Below, piece by piece: positions 49,297 to 58,884 of a stretch of 64,000 nt of DNA. Position 1 is the first letter of the stretch, and each line of letters starts with the position of its first letter. The position numbers were made by a program, and so were the translations under genes. The notes beneath the pieces are model-generated. The model had not been told where the DNA came from and searched no databases. It was given only the letters and a program-made list of their open reading frames with translations. Source of the DNA: Gemmatimonadales bacterium (GTDB lineage Bacteria; Gemmatimonadota; Gemmatimonadetes; Gemmatimonadales; GWC2-71-9); assembly GCA_052389555.1 (NCBI GenBank), contig JBQTHV010000014.1:1427-65426 (forward strand). The letters run 5' to 3'.

Positions 49297-50280
49297 TCAG
49301 CCGCCACTCGCTTCCAGCGATTGGGACCCAGCCTGAGGCGCGGCCTGGGCCAGTCGGAGGATCTCATCGTCTCGTGCCCCGGACCACGCGTCCTCCATCG
49401 AAATCCCCCAGAACCGTACCAGCTGACCAGGCTGGCACTGGGCCAGCCGAGCGAGGTCCCGCCGGTTCACCACCCCAATCTTGGGATATCCGCCGATGGT
49501 GGGTCCATCGGGCATCAGCACGATCGGCTGGCCGTTATCGGGAATCTGAACCGCGCCCGGACAGGCCGCCTCGGAGGGCAGAGTGGCGCGCTCGCGCGGC
49601 GCCAAGGGAGGGCCGCTGAGACGGTAGCCACTCCGATCCGAGGCGCGATCCACGGTATAGATCGATTCGAAGAATCGGAATTGCGCATCGGAATCGAATC
49701 GCTCCCATTGGGGTCCCAAGGTGGTGCGGAGCACCAGCTCCGGCAATTCCGCGACCCGATCCACGAGGAGCTCGCTGGCAGTCGAACGGAGAGTGCCTGT
49801 CATCGCCTCCACTCGGGGCAGGGTTCCGATCGGGAGGTGGTCGCCGCTCTGGAGCCGGCGCCCCTGGAATCCTCCCAAACCCGCCGTCAGGTAGGTGGAC
49901 CGGCTGCCCAGCACTGTCGGCACGTCAAACCCTCCCCGAACCGCGAGATACCCGAACCGATAACGGGGCTTCGGGACCAGGGTGATGGGAACCTGAGCGG
50001 GTGCGGTCACCAGCCCAGGTTGCTTAACCCGCTCGTCACCCACCCGGATTTCCGCCATGGGAATCGCCGCGAGCAGGGTTTCCCGCTCGCATTTGAGCAC
50101 CAGGGGGCCGAGTGCCCATTCGATCGCCGCGGCCCCACCTGGGTTTTCGACAAAGGCATTGGCGACAGCTAGGGCGTACGGGTCCATCGCCCCGGCCGGA
50201 GGCAGCCCCCAGGCGCGGCCGCGGGGGAATCCGAAATCCTGCACGGTGGCATAGGGCGGCGCCTTGACGATCTCGATCAT
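49297..50280 (-). CDS. pxpC: 5-oxoprolinase subunit C
   Basis: TVQD.G, GAMD, YLAVRGG, LGSRST, PGAVQIP..GQPIVL.PD.PT.GGYPKI. Confidence 0.88.
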   Translation of the reverse strand: MIEIVKAPPYATVQDFGFPRGRAWGLPPAGAMDPYALAVANAFVENPGGAAAIEWALGPLVLKCERETLLAAIPMAEIRVGDERVKQPGLVTAPAQVPITLVPKPRYRFGYLAVRGGFDVPTVLGSRSTYLTAGLGGFQGRRLQSGDHLPIGTLPRVEAMTGTLRSTASELLVDRVAELPELVLRTTLGPQWERFDSDAQFRFFESIYTVDRASDRSGYRLSGPPLAPRERATLPSEAACPGAVQIPDNGQPIVLMPDGPTIGGYPKIGVVNRRDLARLAQCQPGQLVRFWGISMEDAWSGARDDEILRLAQAAPQAGSQSLEASGG

Positions 50281-50942
50281 GATACCGGGTCGAACTGCAC
50301 CCGATAGTCCGGGCCAAGCAGCGCAGGGGGATCGCGCTGGGGATCGAACATCACCGTCTCGGTCCGGCCCAGCAGATGCCAGCCACCCGGGGTGGCGAAG
50401 GGATACACCCCGGTTTGCGACCCGGCGATGGCGACCGCGCCGGCCGGCACCCGGGTGCGGGGTGCGTCCCGCCGGGGAAGATGGAGCGCCGGATCGAGAT
50501 CGCCCAGATAGGCCCACCCCGGGACGAACCCGAGACAGTACACCCGATAGATCGGAGCGGCGTGGCGCCGGGTTACCTCGTCGCGGGTTAGGCCGGTCCG
50601 TTCCGCCACCTCGTCCAGGTCGGGTCCGTCGTAGCGGACCGGAATGATGACCGGTGGGCGGTCAGGTTGCCTGTCGTGGATCACGGGAGTCTGGGCGTCC
50701 TCGAGTCGAACCAGAGCCTCCCGAATGGCTATGGGATCTGCCACATGGGGGTCGAAGAAGACGGTCAGGGCTGCATAGGCCGGTACGATCTCGATCACGC
50801 CGGGGAGATGAGCCGAGGCAACCCAGCGCGCCAGTTGCCGGACCGCGTGATTGATCTCCGGGTCCACCCGTACGCCCAGGATCACGGTCCAGGCGGATTC
50901 ACCCAGGGGGGAGATCGGGAGAACGGGTGGGGGATCGCTCAC
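50277..50942 (-). CDS. pxpB: 5-oxoprolinase subunit B
   Basis: EIVPAY, IPVRYDGPDL, GFVPG.AYL, VPAGAVAIAG.QTGVYP..TPGGW.LLG. Confidence 0.92.
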   Translation of the reverse strand: MSDPPPVLPISPLGESAWTVILGVRVDPEINHAVRQLARWVASAHLPGVIEIVPAYAALTVFFDPHVADPIAIREALVRLEDAQTPVIHDRQPDRPPVIIPVRYDGPDLDEVAERTGLTRDEVTRRHAAPIYRVYCLGFVPGWAYLGDLDPALHLPRRDAPRTRVPAGAVAIAGSQTGVYPFATPGGWHLLGRTETVMFDPQRDPPALLGPDYRVQFDPVS

Positions 50943-51700
50943 TTGACGAACGGAGCGAGCGTGATTCCCTCGGCCTCGAAGCGGTGCCGCACGGCTTTGA
51001 CGATCGCCCCGGCGTGGGGGCCGTCGCCGTGCACGCAGAGCGAATCGGCCCGCACGATGCAGCGGGTCCCATCGATCGCCACGACGTAATGGTCCTGCAC
51101 CATCCGGAGCGCGCGCTCGGCGATCGTGTCCAGATCCTCGAGCACCGCGCCGGGCTCGCCGCGCGGCACCAGCTGCCCATCCGGGAGATAGGCCCGATCG
51201 ATGAAGGCCTCCCGGGCCACATCGAGGCCGGTCTCGGTGGCTGCCTGGAGCAGCGCGCTGCCCTCGAGCCCCAGCACGACCAGCTCACTGTCGAGCTGGC
51301 GCAGGGCGTAGGCCAGGGCCTTGCTGACCTCCCGGTCCCGGGCGGCGCGGTGATACAGTGCCCCGTGCAGCTTGACGTACCTAACCCGCACGCCGGCTGC
51401 CCGGCAGAAGGCATCCAGCGCGCCCACCTGGTAGGTGACGTCGGCCGCGAGCTCGGCGGCGCTGGCGCCGAGCTCGCGGCGGCCGAACCCGGCGAGATCC
51501 CGGTAGCCCGGATGGGCCCCGATGGTCACCCCCCGGCCGGCCGCCGCCGCCACGGTGCGCTGCATGACCGACGGATCACCGGCGTGAAACCCGCACGCGA
51601 CATTCGCCGAGGTCACCAGGGAGAGCAGCTCGTCCTCGCCGGGGATCTGGTACCGGCCGAAGCTCTCGCCCAGGTCGGCGTTGAGATCGATGCGGGTCAC
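50939..51700 (-). CDS. pxpA: 5-oxoprolinase subunit A (LamB/YcsF)
   Basis: IDLNADLGES, SANVACGFHAGDP, YVK.HGALY, DS.CVHGD. Confidence 0.93.
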   Translation of the reverse strand: MTRIDLNADLGESFGRYQIPGEDELLSLVTSANVACGFHAGDPSVMQRTVAAAAGRGVTIGAHPGYRDLAGFGRRELGASAAELAADVTYQVGALDAFCRAAGVRVRYVKLHGALYHRAARDREVSKALAYALRQLDSELVVLGLEGSALLQAATETGLDVAREAFIDRAYLPDGQLVPRGEPGAVLEDLDTIAERALRMVQDHYVVAIDGTRCIVRADSLCVHGDGPHAGAIVKAVRHRFEAEGITLAPFVK

Positions 51701-52401
51701 GCCGGACCGGTTGCTCCCGAGGAGCCCGCCGGGTCGCGGCGCGTGATCCGGAAGTGAAAGGTCTGCTCCACCCACTGCCTAACCCGCCGGCCCTTCTGGA
51801 TCGCCGGCCGGAACAGCATGCCCGGGAGCGCCTCGCGGACCGCCTGGGCAAACCCCCGGTGGGTGGTCGAGAGCACCCGATAGGTCGCGGTGTCGACCAG
51901 GCCGATGGTATCGACCACATAGCGCACCGTGACCGAACCGGCGATCGCCTGACGCAATAGCTCGGGCGGATAGCCGGGAGCCAGGCTCAGGGGATCGCGC
52001 ACGACCGCGCTATCGACTTCCAGCTCGGTGAAAGCAGTCTCCCGGATGGCCCGGGTGACCAGGGCGGGCTTGAGCGCAGCGATGGCGTGCTCCAGATCCG
52101 GCGTGCCTGCGGCTGCCCGATCGCTCAGGGCCTCCGCGGGTGGGTCGGTGGCGGCCAGGCCGCCCACCCTGGCCGCCGAGCTGAACGAGGCATCGGCGAG
52201 CTCGTGGTGCGACGGGCCCGGTTCATCGGGGGGGACCAGATAGATCACTTCCCGATCGAGCAGCGCCCGCCGCACCTCTTCCTGGAGCGGGGCCGCCAGG
52301 GCAGCGATGATCGCCAGGTGGAACAGGAGGTTCCCCAGCGTGAGCCCGTTCTTGGGGAGGGGAGTGTTCGGGGTGGGTGGCGCAAACAGGCGGATCATCA
52401 C
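51697..52401 (-). CDS. TonB-family energy transducer (TonB C-terminal domain)
   Basis: N-terminal TM with His; P.YP..L....I.G.V...YVVDT.G, F.PA...G..V.Q.V.Q.F.F. Confidence 0.8.
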   Translation of the reverse strand: MMIRLFAPPTPNTPLPKNGLTLGNLLFHLAIIAALAAPLQEEVRRALLDREVIYLVPPDEPGPSHHELADASFSSAARVGGLAATDPPAEALSDRAAAGTPDLEHAIAALKPALVTRAIRETAFTELEVDSAVVRDPLSLAPGYPPELLRQAIAGSVTVRYVVDTIGLVDTATYRVLSTTHRGFAQAVREALPGMLFRPAIQKGRRVRQWVEQTFHFRITRRDPAGSSGATGPA

Positions 52402-52533
52402 GGGCCTCGCGCTCCATAAAGATAGCGAGGAGCGAAGCAGGCAGGAGCGACCCGCGAGTAGCGAATCGGGGAGCCTGGCCTGGCCCGCGGCCTTGGCCCC
52501 CTGCTCGCGGGGCGCGATCCGGGGCCCGCGATA

Positions 52534-52563
52534 ATATTTTGATTTGACAAATCAAACTATATT
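52534..52563. promoter_or_regulatory. Palindromic operator/promoter upstream of MarR gene
   Basis: TTTGATTTG-A-CAAATCAAA perfect inverted repeat at 52538-52556; TATATT 52558-52563 sits 6 bp before the GTG. Confidence 0.7.
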
Positions 52564-52569
52564 CTACTG

Positions 52570-53139
52570 GTGACCCGGCTCGCCGCTGCGACCCAGGCCG
52601 TCCTGGCGGCCTACCCCGCTGTCCTGGCCGGCTGCCGCCGGCGGGAGATCCCGGAACCGGTCTCCGGGGTCCCGCTGAGTCCCCACCTGGCCAGTTTGCT
52701 CGAGCACCTGGATCCCCGGACCCCGCTCGCCGTGGGCGAGCTGGCCCGCCGGCTCCGGGTGACCCCAGCCACCATCTCTCTCCAGCTCACTCGCCTGGTC
52801 GGTCTCGGTCTGATCGCCCGCAGCCGTGACCGGAGTGATGGCCGCCGGGTCCTGCTTCGGCTGACCGAAGCCGGAGTCGCGCTGCGCCAGAACCGATCCC
52901 TGCTCGATCCGAACCGGGTGCGGGCCGCCCTGGCGCGACTGTCCGCCCGGGAGCGGAGCCAATCGGTGGCCGGGCTTCGGGTCCTGGCCCGCGCCGCGGT
53001 CGCGCTCGCCTCCGAGCCCCCCAAGCACCTGCCGTCCGGCGGTCCGGCCGTCCGGCCGCCCGCGTTGCCGCCGAGCCGCCGAGGGCCGAGTGCCGAGTCA
53101 CGAATCCAGCCCACCTCTCCACGGAGACCTCGGTCATGA
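52570..53139 (+). CDS. MarR family transcriptional regulator
   Basis: VGELARRL.VTPAT.S..L.RLV..GLI.R.RD..DGRRV.L.LT..G. Confidence 0.88.
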   Translation: MTRLAAATQAVLAAYPAVLAGCRRREIPEPVSGVPLSPHLASLLEHLDPRTPLAVGELARRLRVTPATISLQLTRLVGLGLIARSRDRSDGRRVLLRLTEAGVALRQNRSLLDPNRVRAALARLSARERSQSVAGLRVLARAAVALASEPPKHLPSGGPAVRPPALPPSRRGPSAESRIQPTSPRRPRS

Positions 53140-53702
53140 ACTGGATCGAACGCCGCAAGCGTCGCGCCCGCCGGCGCCGCCTCATCCGCGGGTTAGGAGC
53201 CGGCGGTCTGCTCCTGGTCTCCGCATTGCTGGCCGGTACCGCGCTGCCGGCCGTCCGGATCCGGCGAGGCACCCTGACCCTCGCTCGATCACCGGAGGTC
53301 GTCTGGTGGGTGCTGACCGATCTGGATGGGATGCCCGCCTGGCGCTCTGATCTCCGCGCGGTGGAGCGGCTGCCCGACCGGGAGGGCCGGCTCGCCTGGA
53401 AAGAGGTCGGGCGAAGCGGGAGTCGAGTTGTCGAGCTTATCGAGGCGGAGCCGCTTCGGCGCCTGGTGATGGGGCGAACCGAAGGGGCCCGCACGATCCT
53501 CCGCACGATCGAGCTGGCCGAGCCGGAAGGGCTGAGCGGAACCGTGGTGACCGTGATCGAAGAAGAAAGGGTCGGGAACCCGATCGCTCGCGTGTTAACC
53601 CGGCTGCCCATTCCGCGCGATCGGACCCCGCGCTTGCTGCGCGACCTCGCCGACCGGTTCGGGGACCGCCCGCCCGTCGCGGTGGGGCGCGGTGCGGGTT
53701 AA
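53136..53702 (+). CDS. SRPBCC/polyketide cyclase family protein
   Basis: PEVVW..LTD....PAWRSDL..VE; ATGA overlap. Confidence 0.75.
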   Translation: MNWIERRKRRARRRRLIRGLGAGGLLLVSALLAGTALPAVRIRRGTLTLARSPEVVWWVLTDLDGMPAWRSDLRAVERLPDREGRLAWKEVGRSGSRVVELIEAEPLRRLVMGRTEGARTILRTIELAEPEGLSGTVVTVIEEERVGNPIARVLTRLPIPRDRTPRLLRDLADRFGDRPPVAVGRGAG

Positions 53703-54133
53703 TCCTGCTCGTTGATCCGGCTGCGCATCCGCTTGACCTCGCTCCGCCGGCGCTTGGCCTCGAGCCGCCGGCGCCGCTCGGCGGGGGGAACCCTGGTGCG
53801 GCGGCGCGGCTTGGGTGGAACGACTGCTCGCGCCAGAAGCTTGACCAATCGCGCGGTCACGGCTTCCCGGTTCCGGAGCTGGCTTCGGCTCCCTGCTTCG
53901 GTAAGACGCAGCCACCCTTCGCGGTCGAGCCGGGAACCGAGTCGCTCCCGGAGCAGGGCTCGCGCTGCGGCGTTCGGGGCGCTACTGGTTTCGAGATTCC
54001 ACCAGAGCTCGACCCGGGTCGAAGAAGTGTTGACGTGCTGGCCGCCGGGACCGCCCGCCCGCGTCGCGCGATACACGAGCTCCGCGCGAGGAATCCGGAG
54101 CGGGCCGGCCGGGAGCACCTCGCGTTGGGGCAT
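53699..54133 (-). CDS. arfB: Alternative ribosome rescue peptidyl-tRNA hydrolase
   Basis: RAGGPGGQHVN, RSQLRNRE, basic C-terminal tail. Confidence 0.93.
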   Translation of the reverse strand: MPQREVLPAGPLRIPRAELVYRATRAGGPGGQHVNTSSTRVELWWNLETSSAPNAAARALLRERLGSRLDREGWLRLTEAGSRSQLRNREAVTARLVKLLARAVVPPKPRRRTRVPPAERRRRLEAKRRRSEVKRMRSRINEQD

Positions 54134-54218
54134 GAACCCAATGTAAGAGGTGACTCGGCACTCGGCACTCGGTGCTTGGCGGTTGCGGTTCTTCGAGCAG
54201 CGGTTAGCCTTCAGCGCG

Positions 54219-54770
54219 ATGCGGCTCTTTGTTGCGGTTCCCTTGCCGGCGCTGGCGCTGGACCAGGCGAGCTCCGCGCTGCGAAGCCTTCGGAAGCACG
54301 AATGGCCGGTGCGTTGGGTTCGCGATGACGGGCTTCACATCACGCTCAAGTTCTACGGCGAAGTCACTGCGGACCGCGCGGCCGCGATCGAAGAAGTTTT
54401 GCGTCACGCCGCGGCCGGGATCCGGCGGCTGACCCTGGGCTTGGGCTGCGGCGGTGTTTTTCCCAACGCCCAGCGTCCTCGGGTGCTCCATCTGCAAGTG
54501 CAGTCCAGCCCGGACCTCGAGCTGCTTCAGGATCGACTGGAGCGCGCGTCCGCCGAGCTTGGCTTCGCGCCGGAGGGGCGGCCCTTCGTCCCCCACATTA
54601 CCCTGGGCCGGGTTCGCGAAGGCCACCGCCTGCCCGCCGATGCGATGCGGCGGCTCGAAGGGGTGCCGGCCGTTGCATCGTTCGAAGCCGATCGGGTGGT
54701 GTTGTTCGAGAGTCGGCTGGCTCCCGACGGCCCGGTCTATCACGCGCGGGCTGCCGAGCTCCTGGCGTGA
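54219..54770 (+). CDS. thpR: RNA 2',3'-cyclic phosphodiesterase
   Basis: MRLFVA; two HxT motifs (HITLKF, PHITLGR). Confidence 0.92.
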   Translation: MRLFVAVPLPALALDQASSALRSLRKHEWPVRWVRDDGLHITLKFYGEVTADRAAAIEEVLRHAAAGIRRLTLGLGCGGVFPNAQRPRVLHLQVQSSPDLELLQDRLERASAELGFAPEGRPFVPHITLGRVREGHRLPADAMRRLEGVPAVASFEADRVVLFESRLAPDGPVYHARAAELLA

Positions 54771-55405
54771 TGCGGGGATGTCTCACGCTCCCGTTCCGGA
54801 TCCTGTTCCTGGTCCTCCTCGCGGCCGGATTGGTGTTGGCGTGGACTTATCGCCACGAGCTGCGCCGGCGTATCCACGCCTGGACGGCGGACCCCGAAAC
54901 GGAAGCCGAAGGCCGGGCGGATCCCGGATTGGTGCCGGGAGCGCGCGCGCGGCTTGCCGAGGTCGGCCGGGCTCGGACCGACAGCATCGTGCTCACGGCG
55001 GCCCAAGTGGCGAGCCTGCTGGCCGCCCAAGCAGAGCAGCGCGTGCCGGGGGCGGTGGATTCGATCACGGTGCGACTGCAATCCGATGAGGTCGAAATCC
55101 GCGGCCGGATCGCGACGCGCCTGGTGCGGACCCCGCTGGGACCGGCGGGTCAGGTGCTGCGCGAGCGCGAATGGCTCGAGGCCGGCGGCCCGGTGGCCTT
55201 CCGGCGCGCCGGCCTGGCCGAGTGGCGGGTGGAGCGGGTTAGGGTGCGCGGCCTCCCGATCCCCCGCACCGTGCTGGCGGGCTGGTGGCGGCAGTTCGCG
55301 GGAGCGACCGACGGGATCGTTGCGGTGCCGCTGCCCGCGTCGGTCGGCGGATTGCGGGTGACCCCGGAGGGCCTGGTGCTCTACGGCACCCGCGCCTCCC
55401 GCTAG
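54767..55405 (+). CDS. Hypothetical membrane-anchored protein
   Basis: N-terminal TM; overlaps thpR within an operon. Confidence 0.7.
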   Translation: MMRGCLTLPFRILFLVLLAAGLVLAWTYRHELRRRIHAWTADPETEAEGRADPGLVPGARARLAEVGRARTDSIVLTAAQVASLLAAQAEQRVPGAVDSITVRLQSDEVEIRGRIATRLVRTPLGPAGQVLREREWLEAGGPVAFRRAGLAEWRVERVRVRGLPIPRTVLAGWWRQFAGATDGIVAVPLPASVGGLRVTPEGLVLYGTRASR

Positions 55406-55417
55406 CGGAGATCGGCG

Positions 55418-56782
55418 ATGGCGAATCGGGTCCTGGTCATCGACGACGAAGAGGGCATTCGGCAGGCCCTGCGCCAGGTGCTCGAATACGAGGGCTGGGA
55501 AGTCCGCACCGCGGGCTCGGGGGGCGAGGGGATCACCGGCTACCCCGAGTTCCGACCCCAGGTGGTGCTGCTCGACGTGAAGATGGCGGGCCTCGACGGC
55601 CTGGATACCCTAACCCGCCTGCGCGAGCTGGACCCGCCGGCTACCGTGGTCATGATCTCCGGCCACGGCACCATCGCCACGGCGGTCCAGGCGACCCGGC
55701 GGGGGGCGTTCGATTTTCTGGAGAAGCCGCTCGATGCGGACAAGCTGCTGGTCACGCTGCGCAATGCGCTCCAGCATTCCGCCCTGGCGAATCAAAATCG
55801 CGAGCTCCGGCGGGTGCTCGACCGCCGGTACCTCATGGTGGGGCAGAGTGTCGCGCTGGAGGAGGTGCGGTCGCTGATCGCGCGGGTGGGACCCACCAAC
55901 GCGCGAGTGTTCATCCTGGGCGACAACGGAACCGGCAAGGAGCTGGTGGCCCGGGCGCTGCACGAGAACTCGCCGCGGCGGGAGCATCCCTTTGTCGAGG
56001 TGAATTGCGCGGCGATCCCCTCGGAGCTCATCGAGAGCGAGCTCTTCGGCCACATGAAAGGCAGCTTCACGGGCGCCTTTGCGGACCGGGCCGGCAAGTT
56101 CGAGCTCGCCGACGGCGGGACGCTGTTTCTGGACGAAGTCGGCGACATGTCCCTCTCGGCGCAGGCCAAGGTCCTCCGGGTACTCCAGGAGGGAGTGGTG
56201 ACCCGGATCGGGGCGGCACGATCGGTCGAGGTCGATGTGCGCGTGTTAGCCGCCACCAACAAGAATCTCGAGAAGGAAATCGCGGCGGGACGGTTCCGGG
56301 AGGATCTCTGGCATCGGCTCAACGTGATCCCGATCCGGGTTCCGCCGCTACGCGAGCGGCTCGAAGATCTGCCCCTGCTGGTGGAACACTTTATCGCCGT
56401 GCTGAGCGGTGAGGCCGGGGTCATCCCCAAGACCTTTCATCCCGACGCGCTCAGGGCGCTCGCCCGGCGGGACTGGCCGGGCAACGTGCGCGAGCTTCGC
56501 AACGGGGTGGAACGCCTGCTGATCCTGGCCCCGGGCCGCAGCGTGACCGCGACCGACGTCGCTCGGGTCCTCCCGTTGCCCGAGGGAGCGGAGCCGGTGC
56601 CCGAGCCGCAGCGCCCGGTCACTCTGGAAAGCTTTCGGCAGGAGACCGAACGGGCCTTCATCCTGGCTAAACTGCAGGAGCTCAACTGGAACATCGCCGA
56701 GACCGCGCGGGAGCTCTCGATTCCGCGCTCCAACCTGTACAAGAAGATCCAGCAGTATGGCCTGAGCCGGGAGATGCGGTGA
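55418..56782 (+). CDS. Sigma-54-type response regulator (NtrX/NtrC-like)
   Basis: Receiver domain, GDNGTGKE, ESELFGH.KGSFTGA, LFLDE, WPGNVREL, Fis-type HTH. Confidence 0.95.
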   Translation: MANRVLVIDDEEGIRQALRQVLEYEGWEVRTAGSGGEGITGYPEFRPQVVLLDVKMAGLDGLDTLTRLRELDPPATVVMISGHGTIATAVQATRRGAFDFLEKPLDADKLLVTLRNALQHSALANQNRELRRVLDRRYLMVGQSVALEEVRSLIARVGPTNARVFILGDNGTGKELVARALHENSPRREHPFVEVNCAAIPSELIESELFGHMKGSFTGAFADRAGKFELADGGTLFLDEVGDMSLSAQAKVLRVLQEGVVTRIGAARSVEVDVRVLAATNKNLEKEIAAGRFREDLWHRLNVIPIRVPPLRERLEDLPLLVEHFIAVLSGEAGVIPKTFHPDALRALARRDWPGNVRELRNGVERLLILAPGRSVTATDVARVLPLPEGAEPVPEPQRPVTLESFRQETERAFILAKLQELNWNIAETARELSIPRSNLYKKIQQYGLSREMR

Positions 56783-57225
56783 CTCCGCCGGCCTCCGGCT
56801 CGCCGCCACCGCGCGACTGGGACAAGGAGCTGGCTGAGATCGACCGGCTGATGGCCAAGCAGCCGGCCGCTCCGGCGCCGGTCCCAACCAGCCGCCCGAC
56901 CGCCCAACCGCCCAGCCGCCCCACCACCGGCCGCGCCGCGCTCGGTGCCTGGCTGCGCGTGCTCCTGGGGGCAGCCCTCGGCGTCGCGATGACCCAGTGG
57001 CCCTATGCGAGCGATTGCGGGTTAGGCCTCGTGCTCTATCTCGGCGCTGCGAGCGGAGTGGTGCTCGCCGGACTCTGGGCCATGGTGGCGAGCTGGAAGC
57101 GCCGGATGCCGCTCGCCCATGTGGTTGCCCTGGCCGTTCTGCTCTGGGGCGCTATCCTGGTCGGTCAGGTGATCCTGGATCGGACCCTGTACGTGAAGGT
57201 GCCCAAGACCTGGACCTGTTCATGA
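56779..57225 (+). CDS. Hypothetical membrane protein
   Basis: RDWDKELAEID N-terminus, three TM segments; overlaps both neighbours. Confidence 0.7.
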   Translation: MTPPASGSPPPRDWDKELAEIDRLMAKQPAAPAPVPTSRPTAQPPSRPTTGRAALGAWLRVLLGAALGVAMTQWPYASDCGLGLVLYLGAASGVVLAGLWAMVASWKRRMPLAHVVALAVLLWGAILVGQVILDRTLYVKVPKTWTCS

Positions 57226-58709
57226 CGAAGACCTTCCGCAACTTCATCGCCGGCCGTTGGACCGCGCCCAGTACGCGCCGCTACCTCGAGAACCGGGATC
57301 CCGCGGACACCCGCCGGAGCATCGGCCGATTCCCCGATTCGGACTTCGACGACGTACACGCGGCGGTGCGCGCCGCCGAAGCGGGCTTCCGGCTCTGGTC
57401 GCGAGTGCCCGCCCCGGCGCGCGGCGAGGTACTCCGCCGAGTGGGTGATCTCCTCAGCGAGCGGAAGGAGGAGCTCGCTCGCGCGATGACCCGGGAGATG
57501 GGCAAGATCCTCGCGGAAACTCGAGGTGATGTGCAGGAGGGGATCGACACCGCCTACTACGCCGCTTCGGAGGGTCGCCGGCTGTTCGGCCGCACGGTGC
57601 CGAGCGAGCTGCGCCGGAAGTGGGCAATGAGCTACCGGCGTCCGATCGGGGTGGCTGGGCTCATTACGCCGTTCAACTTTCCCATGGCGATTCCGACCTG
57701 GAAGATGTTTCCCGCGCTGCTCTGCGGGAACGCGGTGGTATTCAAGCCTTCCGAGGACGTCCCCCACACCGCGCACCTCCTGGTCGAGATCTTGCTGGAA
57801 GCCGGTCTGCCGCCCGAGGTCATCCAGCTCGTACATGGTCGCGGCGAGACCGCCGGCAAAGCGCTGGTCGAGCATCCCGGCGTCCCGGTCATTTCGTTCA
57901 CCGGCTCCACCGCCACCGGCGCCGCGATCGGCGAGATCTCCGGCCGGATGCACAAGCGGCTCTCGCTCGAGATGGGCGGCAAGAATGCGATGATCGTGAT
58001 GGACGATGCCGATCTCGATCTCGCGCTTGAGGGAATCCTCTGGGGCGCCTTCGGGACGACCGGCCAGCGCTGCACGGCCACGAGCCGGCTCCTGCTGCAT
58101 CGGCGGATCCACGACCGGTTCCTCCAGCGCGTGGTCGATGCCGCGGATCGCATGGTGCTGGGGCACGGACTGCGTCCCGAGACCCAGGTAGGGCCGCTGA
58201 TTCACGAAGCCGCGCGGCAGAAAGTCGAGGAGTACGTGGAGATCGGTCGCGAGGAGGGACTCGAGCTGGTGCTGGGCGGGCGGCGGCCCCGAAGCCCGCG
58301 GCTCGCCCGCGGGTGGTTCTATCGTCCCACGGTCTTCGCCGGAGCACGGGCCGGGAGCCGGCTCGCGCAGGAGGAAATCTTCGGACCGGTGCTCACGGTG
58401 ATCCGGTTCGGCACCTTCGACGAGGCGTTACGGGTCAACAACAGCGTGAAATACGGTTTGTCGAGCTCGCTCTACACCCGGAATGCCGACCTGGCGTTTC
58501 GCGCGATGCAGGAGCTCGATACCGGGATCACCTACCTCAACGCCCCAACCATCGGCGCCGAGGCGCACCTGCCCTTCGGCGGTGTCAAACAGACCGGTAA
58601 CGGCCATCGCGAGGGTGGTTGGGAGGTCTACGATTTCTATAGCGAGACGAAAGTGTGCTATGTCGACTACTCGGGAACGCTGCAGCGGGCCCAGATCGAC
58701 ACCTACTGA
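57222..58709 (+). CDS. Aldehyde dehydrogenase family protein
   Basis: ITPFNFP, FTGS, LEMGGKN, GQRCTA, QEEIFGPV, PFGG.K. Confidence 0.95.
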   Translation: MTKTFRNFIAGRWTAPSTRRYLENRDPADTRRSIGRFPDSDFDDVHAAVRAAEAGFRLWSRVPAPARGEVLRRVGDLLSERKEELARAMTREMGKILAETRGDVQEGIDTAYYAASEGRRLFGRTVPSELRRKWAMSYRRPIGVAGLITPFNFPMAIPTWKMFPALLCGNAVVFKPSEDVPHTAHLLVEILLEAGLPPEVIQLVHGRGETAGKALVEHPGVPVISFTGSTATGAAIGEISGRMHKRLSLEMGGKNAMIVMDDADLDLALEGILWGAFGTTGQRCTATSRLLLHRRIHDRFLQRVVDAADRMVLGHGLRPETQVGPLIHEAARQKVEEYVEIGREEGLELVLGGRRPRSPRLARGWFYRPTVFAGARAGSRLAQEEIFGPVLTVIRFGTFDEALRVNNSVKYGLSSSLYTRNADLAFRAMQELDTGITYLNAPTIGAEAHLPFGGVKQTGNGHREGGWEVYDFYSETKVCYVDYSGTLQRAQIDTY

Positions 58710-58743
58710 ATTGACGTGGGTGGAGGAACGGGGTTATTCGTTT

Positions 58744-58859
58744 AGGTGAGAGGACACCGAGGTGAGAGGTGACAGGTGAGAGGTGACAGGTGAGAGGTAG
58801 CCTCTTCGGGGTCCACCGCTGAGCTCTCACGTCTCACCTCTCACCTCTCACCTCTCACC
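58744..58859. repeat. Inverted heptamer arrays (AGGTGAG)n/(CTCACCT)n
   Basis: About 6 units at 58760-58798 complementary to about 5 units at 58824-58859. Confidence 0.85.
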
Positions 58860-58884
58860 CATCGAGGGAGCCTGGTCTAAGCAC

